This document shows positions 26,118-37,884 of a stretch of 64,000 nucleotides of DNA, piece after piece. Made by a program: the position numbers and the translations under genes. How positions within the stretch are numbered: position 1 is the first letter of the stretch; each line of letters opens with the position of its first letter. The notes beneath the pieces were generated by a model. The model was not told the DNA's origin. It saw only the letters and a program-made list of their open reading frames with translations, and ran no database searches. Source of the stretch: Malacoraja senta (Eukaryota); assembly GCA_038087875.1 (NCBI GenBank), contig CM075992.1:1180001-1244000 (forward strand). The letters run 5' to 3'.

Positions 26118-26392
26118 CTGTGGAGCAGCGGTAGAGTTGCTGCCTCACAGCGCCAGAGACCCGGGTTCAATCCTGACCAGAGTCTGCTGTCTGTACGGAG
26201 TTTGCACGTTCTCCCCGTGACCTGCGTGGGTTTTCTCCCACACTCCAGGTTTGCAGGTTAATTGGGTTTGGGTAAAGATTGCAAATTGTCCCTAGTGTGT
26301 GTTGGGTAGTGTTAGTGTGGGGGATCGCTGGTTGGCACGGACTCGATGGGCCGAAGGGCCTGTTGGCGTGCTGTATCTAAACTAAACTAACT
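26118..26392 (+). mobile_element. HE1-like V-SINE
   Basis: A/B boxes, V-domain, (AAACT)n tail. Confidence 0.82.
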
Positions 26393-26537
26393 AGAGTAAA
26401 GATAGACACAAACAGCTGGAGTAACTCAGCGGGTCAGCCAGCATCTCTGGAGTAAAGGAATAGATAACATTTCGGGTCGAGACCCTTCTTCAGACCCCTT
26501 TGCCCCAGGATTGCTGCCTGACCCGTTGAATTACTCC

Positions 26538-26706
26538 AGCTTTGTTCGTCCATCTTCGATTCAAACCATGCATCTGCAGTTCTTTCCTAAACTAGCTTTG
26601 TTTGTCCATCTTCGATTCACACCATGCATCTGCAGTTCTTTCCTAAACTAGCTTTATTTGTCCATCTTCGATTCATACCATGCATCTGCAGTTCTTTCCT
26701 AAACTA
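26538..26706. repeat. 56-bp tandem repeat x3 from the PLE-tail extreme 3' end
   Basis: agcttt at 26538, 26594, 26650. Confidence 0.9.
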
Positions 26707-27661
26707 AACAACACACTGAGTTAGCCTCTGGATTGGAACATTCCAGGGACCCATCACCCTGTGAGCGGGGCAACAGAAAAAAAATATGTGCAGTATTTAT
26801 GTAACATATGTACAAAAATATGTAACAGAAAAAAATTAGCAGTAGGCCATTCGGCCCTTCTAGGCAGCACCGCCATTCAATATGAAGATGTTTACAGTAG
26901 GGAAGTCGGCAGCTGTTGAGCTGTGGCTGGGGAACTCTGTGGAGATTCCCTCTCTCTTTCTCTCTGGGTTGGCACAGGATCGAACACCTCAGCTCAACGC
27001 TGGGCTGTCCTCCTCGCTGTGGCAGGTGTGTGTGAGGTTCCTCAGGAGACAAGCTTCAACTCCCCCCCCCTCCCCTCCCTCTCTCTCTCTCCGTCACTCT
27101 CCGCTGCTGGGAGACTCGGTGAGTGGGCCACGAGGGGAGGGGGGGGGGGACTCTCCCCGCTGGGTTCAGCGGCAGCGTGTTGTGAAGGGAAACACCCGCG
27201 GGCTACACACACACACACACGAGGCCCACGCATCTGCCGCCCGAATGTTTTGTCTCACCTTGGTGCCGCTGAGTGCAAGGGAGGAGAAGTTTCCATTCTC
27301 AACACCAGCGTCTCAGCACGCCATCCAACACCAGCAGTAAACACACCAGGGTCAAACCCGCTCTCAACTCTACTCCAAGAGGCTGTCGCAGAATGTTCAC
27401 TAGTAATAGGAGCAGAATTAGGCCATTCGGCCCATCAAGTCTACTCCACCATTCAATCAGGGCGGTGGGCGTATGGAACGAGCTGTCGGAGGAGGTAGTT
27501 GAGGCAGGGACTAGTTCAACGTTTAAGAAACAGTTAGACAGTAAGTAAGTATTAATTAAACCTTGCTCAAGTAAGTAAGTAAGTTTATTGGCCAAGTATT
27601 CACATACAAGGAATTTGCCTTAGTGCTCTGCCCACAAGTAACAACATGACATACAGTGACA

Positions 27662-29593
27662 GATTCTAGCAGTTTCATTAGGATGGAGAGTGACATTGTT
27701 AATTCAGAAACAAGGGTCCTGAACTTAAAGAAAGGTAACTTTGAGGGTATGAGACGTGAATTGGCCAAGATAGACTGGCAATTGATTCTTAATGGGTTGA
27801 CGGTGGATATGCAATGGAAGGCATTTAAAGACTGCATGGATGAACTACAACAACAGCAAAAAAAAAAATCAGGGAAGGTAGTGCATCCGTGGATAACAAG
27901 GGAAATCAGGGATAGTATCAAAACAAAAGATGAAGCGTACAAATTAGCCAGAAAAAGCAGCCTACCAGAGGACTGGGAGAAATTCAGAGTCCAGCAGAGG
28001 AGGACAAAGGGCTTAATTAGGAAAGGGAAAATAGATTATGAAAGAAAACTGGCAGGGAACATAAAAACTGACTGCAAAAACTTTTATAGATATGTGAAGA
28101 GAAAAAGATTAGTTAAAACAAATGTAGGTCCCTTGCAGTCAGAAACAGGTGAATTGATCATGGGGAACAAGGACATGGCAGACCAATTGAATAACTACTT
28201 TGGTTCTGTCTTCACTAAGGAAGACATAAATAATCTGCTGGAAATAGCAGGGGACCGGGGGTCAAATGAGATGGAGGAACTCATCTCATTTGACCCCCGG
28301 TTAGCCAGGAAGTGGTGTTAGGTAAATTGAATGGATTAAAGGCCGATAAATCCCCAGGGCCAGACAGGCTGCATCCCAGAGTACTTAAGGAGGCAGCCCC
28401 AGAAATAGTGGATGCATTAGTGATAATTTTTCAGAACTCCTTATATTCTGGAGTAGTTCCTGAGGATTGGAGGGTAGCTAATGTAACCCCACCTTTTAAA
28501 AAGGGAGAGAGAGAGAAAACGGGGAATTACAGACCAGTTAGTCTAACATCGGTAGTGGGGAAACTGCTAGAATCAGTTATTAAAGATGGGATAGCAGCAC
28601 ATTTTGAAAATGGTGAAATCATTGGACAAAGTCAGCATGGATTTATGAAAGGTAAATCATGTCTGACGAATCTTATAGAATTTTTCGAGGATGTAACTAG
28701 TAGAGTGGATAAGGGAGAACCAGTGGATGTGTTGTATCTGGACTTTCAGAAGGCTTTCGACAAGGTCCCACATAAGAGATTAGTATACAAACTTAAAGCA
28801 CATGGTATTGGGGGTACAGTATGGATGTGGATAGAGAACTGGCTGGCAAACAGGAAGCAAAGAGTAGGAGTAAACGGGTCCTTTTCACAATGGCAGGCAG
28901 TGACTAGTGGGGTACCGCAAGGCTCAGTGCTGGGACCCCAGCTATTTACGATATATATTAATGATTTGGACGAGAGAATTGAATGCAACATCTCCAAGTT
29001 TGCAGATGACACGAAGCTGGGGGGCAGTGTTAGCTGTGAGGAGGATGCTAGGAGGCTGCAAGGTGACTTGGATAGGCTGGGTGAGTGGGCAAATGCAGGG
29101 CAAATGCATGGCAGATGCAGTATAATGTGGATAAATGTGAGGTTATCCACTTTGGTGGCAAAAACAGGAAAGTAGACTATTATCTGAATGGTGGCCGATT
29201 AGGAAAAGGGGAGATGCAACGAGACCTGGGTGTCATGGTACACCAGTCATTGAAAGTAGGCATGCAGGTGCAGCAGGCAGAGAAGAAAGCGAATGGTATG
29301 TTGGCCTTCATAGCAAAAGGATTTGAGTATAGGAGCAGGGAGGTTCTACTGCAGTTGTACAGGGTCTTGGTGAGACCACACCTGGAGTATTGCGTACAGT
29401 TTTGGTCTCCTAATCTGAGGAAAGACATTCTTGCCATAGAGGGAGTGCAGAGAAGGTTCACCAGACTGATTCCTGGGATGTCAGGACTTTCATATGAAGA
29501 AAGACTGGATAGACTCGGCTTATTCTCGCTAGAATTTAGAAGATTGAGGGGGGATCTTATAGAAACGTATTTTCTATGTTTCTATGTTTCTAT
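27662..29593 (+). mobile_element. CR1/HER1-type LINE, 5'-truncated ORF2 with RT domain, frameshifted pseudogene
   Basis: [53 protein letters not shown]; 11-bp duplication near 29088-29110; (TTTCTATG)n tail; interrupts another repeat whose intact form is at 18885-19040. Confidence 0.93.
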
Positions 29594-29876
29594 GACAGTT
29601 ACGAATGACTCAGAAAACACTAAACATTAATAATAATAAAACATTAATGATAAAACACCATCGATCAAGCAGGTGAACCAACAAAATACCAGATCAAAGG
29701 GAGGCTACAGATATTTGGCTGGTACATGGTACAGGTATATGGATAGGACATGTTTAGAGGGATACGGGCCAAACGCAGGCAGGTGGGACTAGTGTCTTAT
29801 CCATGTACCTGTTTCTTAAACGTTGGGATAGTCCCGGCCTCAACTACCTCCTCCGGCAGCTCGTTCCATACACCTA

Positions 29877-30516
29877 ACATAGAAACATAGAAAATAGGTG
29901 CAGGAGTAGGCCATTCCGCCCTTCGAGCCTGCACCGCCATTCAATATGATCATGGCTGATCATCCAACTCAGTATCCCGTACCTGCCTTCTCTCCATACC
30001 CCCTGATCCCTTTAGCCACAAGGGCCACATCTAACTCCCTCTTAAATATAGCCAATGAACTGGCCTCAACTACCCTCTGTGGCAGAGAGTTCCAGAGATT
30101 CACCACTCTCTGTGTGAATTTGTTTTTTCTCATCTCGGTCCTAAAAGACTTCCCCCTTATCCTTAAACTGTGACCCCTTGTTCTGGACTTCCCCAACATC
30201 GGGAACAATCTTCCTGCATCTAGCCTGTCCAACCCCTTAAGAATTTTGTAAGTTTCTATAAGATCCCCCCTCAATCTTCTAAATTTTAGCGAGTATAAGC
30301 CAAGTCTATCCAGTCTTTCTTCATATGAAAGTCCTGACATCCCAGGAATCAGTCTGGTGAACCTTCTCTGCACTCCCTCTATGGCAAGAATGTCCTTCCT
30401 CAGATTTGGAGACCAAAACTGTACGCAATACTCCAGGTGTGGTCTCACCAAGACCCTGTACAACTGCAGTAGAACCTCCCTGCTCCTATACTCAAATCCT
30501 TTTGCTATGAATGCTA
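29877..30516 (-). mobile_element. CR1 3' fragment, young subfamily
   Basis: Uninterrupted ORF2 C-terminus in ORF 29969-30703. Confidence 0.9.
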
Positions 30517-31487
30517 ACGTAACACAGGGCAGGTGGGACGAGTGTAGCTGGGACATGTTGGCCGGTGTGGGCAAGTTGGGCTTGTTTCCACGCTGTATGA
30601 CTCTACGCCTGCCAGCAATGGTCGATGTAGATAATGCACCATCTCCAACCCCCCTCCCTCCCTCCCTCCTCCCTCTGGGTTCCTTCTCATCTCCCAATAG
30701 CAACTCCAGCGGGTAAATGACTTTTCCTTTGAAGGGGAAGCTGAGGGAGTGGTTGGTAAATGAGCAGGTTGTTCCATTTGCTTTCTCTGCCTCAGCCAGC
30801 GGGAGCTGAGGGGTGGGAAGGTTTCAATTCCCTGCTCTATCAACCCACCTCCCAGAGCGGTGGTAAACACAGGCCTCTCTCTCCAGCTGGGACAAAGGGC
30901 TTTCTTCGCCTCAGCTGCGTGCAAACCCGGGGGTGGGGGCGGGGGAACCATGCTCCCAATTTAGCAAAGAACCACCTCCCCTGACCTCACCGCCCACCTC
31001 TGTGGTAGTAGGTTCCCCGGCAGAGAGAGGCTTCCCATCGTACCTGCGGGCACCAGGAATGTGGAGCAAAAAACAATGATCACACAAGAGGGACCGGAAA
31101 ATCCCAGCTGATAGAGTCATCGAGTGAGTAATGTGTGGGAAGGAACCGCAGATGCTGCTTTACACCAAAGACAGAAGGACTGGAGAGAAGGGTCTCGACC
31201 CGAAACGTCACCCATTCCTTCTCTCCAGAGATGCTGCCTGTCCCGCTGAGTTACTCCAGCATTTTGTGTCTATCTTCGAGTCGTAGGGTGATACAGTGTG
31301 GGGAAAAGGCCCTTCAGCCCAACTTGCCAACATGTCCCAGCAACACTAGTCCCACCTGCCATGCGGTGGGTGTATGGAACGAGCTGCCAGAGGAGGTAGT
31401 TGAGGCAGGGACTATCCCAACGTTTAAGAAACAGTTAGACAGGTACATGGATAGGACAGGTTTGGAGGGATATGGGCAGGTGGGGAC

Positions 31488-31901
31488 CAAAGACCCTACA
31501 GCGAGCAAGATAGACCACTCGACGAAAAAGGTGTAGTACGGTCATGGGCAGATTCACGGGTAATTTAAGGCCCCATTTCCGTAACCGGCTTCCGTCTCCG
31601 CACCAGAGATCCCGTCACAGCGGAGCGAAGATTACTAGTGGGGAGACGGAAACCGGTTACGGAAACATCCTCGTAAAAATAAAAGTTCTTTGTTAAAAAT
31701 CTTCTCCTCATTTTCAGAATTTTTAATTTATTAACACAAACTGTTCCCCCGCAACGTTGATTACACTGCGGGTCGGGTCGGGTCGGGTCGGGTTACGGAA
31801 ATGGATGAGAAAAAGGGCCACGTTCCGCTCCGTTGCGTACTACACGTCAGCCCGTTGCATTTAGCAGGAGTGGTCCATCTTGCTCCGTTATGGGATCTAT
31901 G
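31488..31901. mobile_element. hAT-like non-autonomous DNA element
   Basis: Imperfect ~34-bp TIRs (ca[a/t]aga..gagcaagat[a/g]gaccactc); ~8-bp TSD ggtgggac (left copy has one extra G); interrupts a LINE tail. Confidence 0.65.
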
Positions 31902-32736
31902 GGTGGGACGAGTGTAGCTGGGACATGTTGGCCTGTGTGGGCAAGTTGGGCCGGAGGGCCTGTTTCCACGCTGTATCACTCTCTGACTCTACGAGAGAGA
32001 ATGTTAGAGAGAGAGAGAGAGAGAGAGAAGATGAGAAACAAAAGATGGGAGAATGTGCGAGAGACAGAGTGGGCGGAGGATAGAAAGATCGAGTGAGTGG
32101 GGGCTGAGAATTGGAGAACGGCTGAGGGACTGGAGGGAGATGGAGAATTGAAGAGAGGGATTAGAGCAATTGAGAAGCAAAAGACATTGCCAAGATTATC
32201 GGGCAGGAGGAAAGTGTTTTCTATAAAAGGCCAGTAGTGGACTCAGGTCATTCTTCCTCATTAAGTGCGGGTTTTGTGTTGTCCTCACTGCATGATCAAA
32301 TTTCAGGATCAAATCCATTCAACATTTTAATTACAGCGTCTAGAAACTGCAAGCTCTCAGCCTCTGGTGCGGTGGTAATATAATTCAGATTAAACTCGCT
32401 CACTGCAGAGTGAGACAGGCATTTTACGCGTTTAAAGCCTGTGGTGGATGGAAGCGAGACATAAAGCATAGCTGCTCATTAGCACAGATTAACAATAAAA
32501 CTCATTTAGCTCGAGTGAGAGATTCATTATTCAGAACGTTGCTTCGGATCTGGTGATTCACAGCCCTCGTCTCTGTGTGAATATGTTTACTCTGTGCCCT
32601 GCTTGTGTTAATCAGCAGCGCATCAGTTCAGTCCAGTGTGGATTATTGTCACGTGTACCGAGGTACGGTGAAAAGCGTTTTGGTTCTTGGTTTCTTGGTC
32701 CTCCAAAATATTCCAAATGGAATTTAAACTGGAGGT

Positions 32737-32917
32737 ACACAAAAATGCTGGAGGAACTCAGCGGGTGCAGCAGCATCTATGGAGCGAAGGAAATAGGCAA
32801 CGTTTCGGGCCGAAACCCTTCTTCAGACTGATAGGGGGTGGGGAGAAGAAAGGAAAAAAGGAAAAAGGCGGAGGAGGAGCCCGAGGGCTGGGGGAGGGGA
32901 GGAGACAACCAGATGGC
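32737..32917 (-). mobile_element. Short PLE 3'-tail insertion with 14-bp TSD
   Basis: tttaaactggaggt duplicated at 32723-32736 and 32918-32931; similar uninterrupted site near 8899-8912. Confidence 0.85.
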
Positions 32918-33125
32918 TTTAAACTGGAGGTGGTGGAGGGAGGACTTAAGCCAGAAAGGGTTTTTGGGAAGAAGGAGCTACCTTAAATTTAGTTGCACCT
33001 GGTTGGGTAACTAAAGTAGGGTGGAGATTATTCCATGCTTTAATTGTGCGGGGGAAGAATGAATTGCTGTCCACATCTGCCTTGGTAGCTGGAGTCACAA
33101 ATTGGATCGAATGGTTACGTGCAAA

Positions 33126-33487
33126 GGGGCCTGTCCCACTTTCCCGAGCTGCTCACGAATTCTCCCGAGTCTTCCCCTTGATTCAAACTCGGAGCATGTT
33201 GGTAACGGGTCTGTAGATATATCGTAGCGGCTCGTTACGCCAGCCGTAGGTACTCGGGGCATTAAATATTGCGTTTTTTCTCCTCCCGACTATTTTTTTA
33301 CTCGTGGACATTTTATGTCATGCCGGAAAAAACGTCAACGAGTTACCCGATGCCCCGAGTACCTATGGCTGGCATAACGAGCCACTACGATATATCTACA
33401 GACCCGTTACCAACATTCTCCGAGTTTGAATCAAGGGGAAAACGCGGGGAGAATTCGTGAGCAGCTCAGGAAAGTGGGGCAGGCCCT
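33126..33487. mobile_element. PIF/Harbinger-type MITE
   Basis: TIRs of about 35 bp; inserted at cgtgcTAAccagtcagc. Confidence 0.8.
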
Positions 33488-33571
33488 TAACCAGTCAGCG
33501 GGAAGACAACGCATGATTACAATCGATCCGTTTACAGTGTCCAGATACTGTACATGAGAAACGAATAACGT

Positions 33572-33833
33572 GTGTAGGAAAGAACTGCAGGTGCTGGTTT
33601 AAACCGAAGGTAGACACAAAATGCTGGAGTAACTCAGCGGGACAGGCAGCATCTCTGGAGAGAAGGAATGGGTGACGTTTTGGGTCGAGACCCTTCTTCA
33701 GACTGATGACGTTTCGGGTCGAGGCCCTTCTTCAGACTGATTCAGTCTGAAGAAGGGACTCGACCCGAAACGTCACGCATTCCTTATCTCCAGAGATGCT
33801 GCCTGTCCCGCTGAGTTACTCCAGCATTTTGTG
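33572..33833. mobile_element. Fold-back PLE-tail element (second subfamily) with hammerhead motifs on both strands
   Basis: Minus motifs at 33674-33701 (GAAA mutated) and 33708-33735; plus motif at 33747-33774; long inverted arms. Confidence 0.8.
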
Positions 33834-35349
33834 CCTACTGTATCATAAGGGAATAACGTTTAGTGCAAGGTAAAGCCAGCAAAGTCCGGTCAAGGATAGT
33901 CCGAGGGTCACCAATGAGGTAGATAGTAGTTCAGCACTGCTCTCTAGTTGTGGTAGGATGGTTCAGTTGCCTGATAACAGCTGGGAAGAAACTGTCCCTG
34001 AATCTGGAGGTGTGTGTTTTCACACTTCTGTACCTTTTGCCCGATGTATAGAATACTCCGAAGATAGACACAAAATACATAGAAACATAGAAAATAGGTG
34101 CAGGAGGAGGCCATTCGGCCCTTCGAGCCAGCACCGCCATTCATTGTGATCATGGCTGATCGTCCCCAATCAATAACCCGTGCCTGCCTTCTCCCCATAT
34201 CCCTTGATTCCACTAGCCCCTAGAGCTCTATCTAACTCTCTCTTAAATCCATCCAGTGACTTGGCCTCCACTGCCCTCTGTGGCAGGGAATTCCACAAAT
34301 TCACACAACTCTCTGGGTGGAAACGTTTTTTTCTCACCTCAGTCTTAAATGACCTCCCCTTTATTCTAAGACTGTGGGTGAGGCAGCATCTTCGGAGGGA
34401 AGGAATGGGAGGCGTTTCGGGTCGAGACCCTTCCCCAGACAAGAGAGAGGGTGAGGTGTGAAAAGGACAGATCAAAGCAGATGGTGATCAAGGAAACGTA
34501 CAATGTTTAATTGTTGGCTGAGGGGAAGGTGACAATGAGGTATATAATCAGTAATATTTATTCAGGAGTCCCATATCTGTCCTATCCATGTACCTGTCCA
34601 ATTGTCTTTTAAACGTTGGGATAGTCCCAGCCTCAACTACCTCCTCCAGCAGCTCGTTCCATACACCCACCACCCCTTGAGAGAAAAAGCTACCCCTCAG
34701 ATTCCTATTGAATCTTTTCCCCTTCATCTCAAACATATGTCTTTTGGTTTTTGATTCACAACGTTTAAGAAACATTTAGATAGGACAGGGTTTAGAGCGA
34801 TACGGGCAGGTGGGACTAGTGTAGCTGGGACATGTTGGGCGGTGTGGGCAAGTTGGGCCGAAGGGCCTGTTTCCACGCTGTATCACTCTCCGACCTGCCC
34901 CCCGCCGCCCCCTCCTTATTCCCCTGCAACCTTGGAGCTTGTTCTTTCTCACAGGGAGAGAACTTCCTCCTCTGCCCCCTCACGACCCGCATTCTCCTGT
35001 CCTTCCTCCTACCCCTCCATTCATTCTGCCCCCCCCTCTCCTCCTCTCCCCACCCCTCCTTCATTCCACCCCTCCCCCTTCCTTGTCTCTTCTCTCCCCT
35101 CATTCTACTATTCCTCCTTTGCTGCCCACCACTTCTCCATTCTCCCCCCCCCTCCTGACTCTGCCATCGTTACTGTTCCTCCTCCCCCAATCTTCCCCAG
35201 GCCCCTTGCCCCTTGCACCTGCTAATCCACGGCCCTGTCCAGATGCTCCTCGCTTCTGTAAACGGCTAAAGGGCCTGTCCCACTTTCACAACCTAATTCA
35301 CCACCTCTGCCGAGTTTGCCCTTGACTCATACTCGCAGCATGGTCGTCA

Positions 35350-35737
35350 CGAGGTTGTGGGAGGTCGTAGGTAGGTGGTAGGAGGTTGTAGGTAGGTGGT
35401 AGGAGGTAGGAGGTTGTGGGTAGGTGGTAGGAGGTTGTAGGTAGGTGGTAGGAGGTTGTAGGTAGGTGGTAGGAGGTTTTGGGTAGGCGGTAGGAGGTTG
35501 TAGGTAGGTGGTAGGAGGTTGTGGGTAGGTGGTGGGAGGTTGTGGGTAGGTGGTAGGAGGTTGTAGGTAGGTGGTAGGAGGTTGTAGGTAGGTGGTAGGA
35601 GGTTGTGGGTAGGCGGTAGGAGGTTGTGGGTAGGTGGTAGGAGGTTGTGGGTAGGTGGTAGGAGGTTGTGGGTAGGTGGTAGGAGGTTGTGGGTAGGTGG
35701 TAGGAGGTTGTAGGTAGGTGGTAGGAGGTTGTAGGAG
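35350..35737. repeat. 21-bp G-rich minisatellite (GGTAGGTGGTAGGAGGTTGTR)n continuing a MITE left end (35270-35370)
   Basis: About 18 tandem units; strongly strand-skewed. Confidence 0.93.
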
Positions 35738-35815
35738 GGGGGGGGGAAATTCCGAAGAAGGGTCTCGAGCCGAAACGTCACCTATTCCTTTTTCTCCAGA
35801 GATGCTGCCTGAGCC

Positions 35816-36466
35816 TTGTACTCGCTAGAATTTAGAAGATTGAGGGGGATTTGAGTATAGGAGCAGGGAGGTTCTACTGCAGTTGTACAGGGTCTTGGTG
35901 AGACCACACCTGGAGTATTGCGTACAGTTTTGGTCTCCAAATCTGAGGAAGGACATTATAGCCATAGAGGGAGTGCAGAGAAGGTTCACCAGACTGATTC
36001 CTGGGATGTCAGGACTTTCATATGAAGAAAGACTGGATAGACTCGGCTTGTACTCGCTAGAATTTAGAAGATTGAGAGGGGATCTTATAGAAACGTACAA
36101 AATTCTTATGGGGTTGGACAGGCTAGATGCAGGAATATTGTTCTCGGTGTTGGGGAAGTCCAGGACAAGGGGTCACAGCTTAAGGATAAGGGGGAAATCC
36201 TTTAAGACCGAGATGAGAAAAAACTTTATCACACAGAGAGTGGTGAATCTCTGGAACTCTCTGCCACAGAGGGTAGTTGAGGCCAGTTCATTGGCTATAT
36301 TTAAAAGGGAGTTAGATGTGGCCCTTGTGGCTAAAGGGATCAGGGGGTATGGAGAGAAGGCAGGTACGGGATACTGAGTTGGATGATCAGCCATGATCAT
36401 ATTGAATGGCGGTGCAGGCTCGAAGGGCCGAATGGCCTACTCATGCACCTATTTTCTATGTTTCTA
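35816..36466 (+). mobile_element. CR1 3' fragment, young subfamily
   Basis: ORF 35883-36377. Confidence 0.9.
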
Positions 36467-37743
36467 TTCCTTTTTCTCCAGAGATGCTGCCTGTCCCGCT
36501 GAGTTACTCCAGCTATAGTGTCTACGTTGAAAGAAACATTAAAATGGAGCCGGCAGATGTACCGAGTGAGAACTAATTCAGTGCGTGTCAGATTTGATCT
36601 GAAGCTGAGCTGAAGAGATTTTCTCTGCTCACCTTGAGAAGGAGAACAGCAAGCCCCGGGAATGATTTGAATTGAGATAATCATCTGTGCTCGGGGAAGC
36701 TGCGACTTAACATCATTAGGTGACATTAAAAAAATGCTCTTCTGCAGGTGCCGCGAAAAGGCCATTGCTCAGGGGGATTCGAGGCATTGTTATCACTGAA
36801 TGTGCCCTAGGCTGCATTAAGCGTAGAACAAGGAGATCAGCAGCAAATTAAAGAGTCTTGTTAATGTGGATGTTAAAAAAAATCACGGTCAAAGAGTGCG
36901 CTGATGACACTTCCCGTTGCGTGCTGCTGCCGTACTGGGTGACATTATTAAAATTATCTTTCCGGTTTCACCGCTGGTTTCTCCCCTCTCGCCCACGTCA
37001 CCTCCACCGACCGGGTTGCGCGGTGAATCTGCGGAAACCGTTGCCACGGAGGGCAGCGCAGTCCAAATCAACGGATATTTGTAAAAGCCGGAGGATGTTT
37101 CCACTAGTGGGAGAGTCTAGAACTAGAGGCCACAGCCTCAGAATTAAAGGGCGTTCCTTTCAGGAAGGAGATGAGGAGGGATTTCTTTAGTCGGAGGGTG
37201 GTGAATCTGTGGAATCCTTTGCCACAGAAGGCTGTGGAGGACAAGTCAGTGGATATATTTAAGGCGGAGATAGATAGATTCTTGATCAGTACGGGTGTCA
37301 GGGGTTATGGGGAGAAGAATGGGGTTGGGAGGGAGAGCTAGATCGGCCATGATTGAACGTCGGAGTAGACTTGATGGGCCGAATGGCCTAATTCCATCCC
37401 TCATCACTTGGTCCTTTCTGCCATGATTCCAACACACCTCACATCTTGCTTGGGAGGCTCACAACCCAACTGTATGAATCTTGATTTCTCTAATGCTAAG
37501 TATCCCCTGCATTCCCCCTCTCTCTCCGTCCCTGCCCCTCTCTAGTCATCCTGCCAGTTCCACTATTCGCATCCGTATATCCTTTCGTCGTCACCTCCTG
37601 CGAGTGCCCGCGGAGCTTGTCGGCCGGCGTGGACTCAGTAAGCCGAATAGCCTGTTTTCCTGCTGTATCTCTAGAGCCTCTGCCTCAGCAGGCTGTGGAG
37701 GCCAAGTCAGTGGATATTATTAAGGTGAAGATAGATAGATTCT

Positions 37744-37884
37744 GATCATCAGTCTGAAGAAGGGTTTCGGCCCGAAACGTTGCCTATTTCCTTCGCTCCA
37801 TAGATGCTGCTGCACCCGCTGAGTTTCTCCAGCATTTTTGTCTACCTTCGATTTTCCAGCATCTGCAGTTCCTTCTTAAACACC
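37744..37884 (+). mobile_element. About 140-bp hammerhead plus PLE-tail insertion with 13-bp TSD, nested in a CR1 tail
   Basis: atagatagattct at 37731-37743 and 37885-37897; motif at 37754-37781. Confidence 0.85.

Noticed and set aside
31057..31076. atgtggagcaaaaaa resembling the latrophilin KVEQK microexon
   Set aside because: No adjacent AG acceptor or pyrimidine tract and no GT donor
34890..35240. Pro-rich ORFs in a C/T-rich tract
   Set aside because: Low-complexity pyrimidine tract with no coding signature
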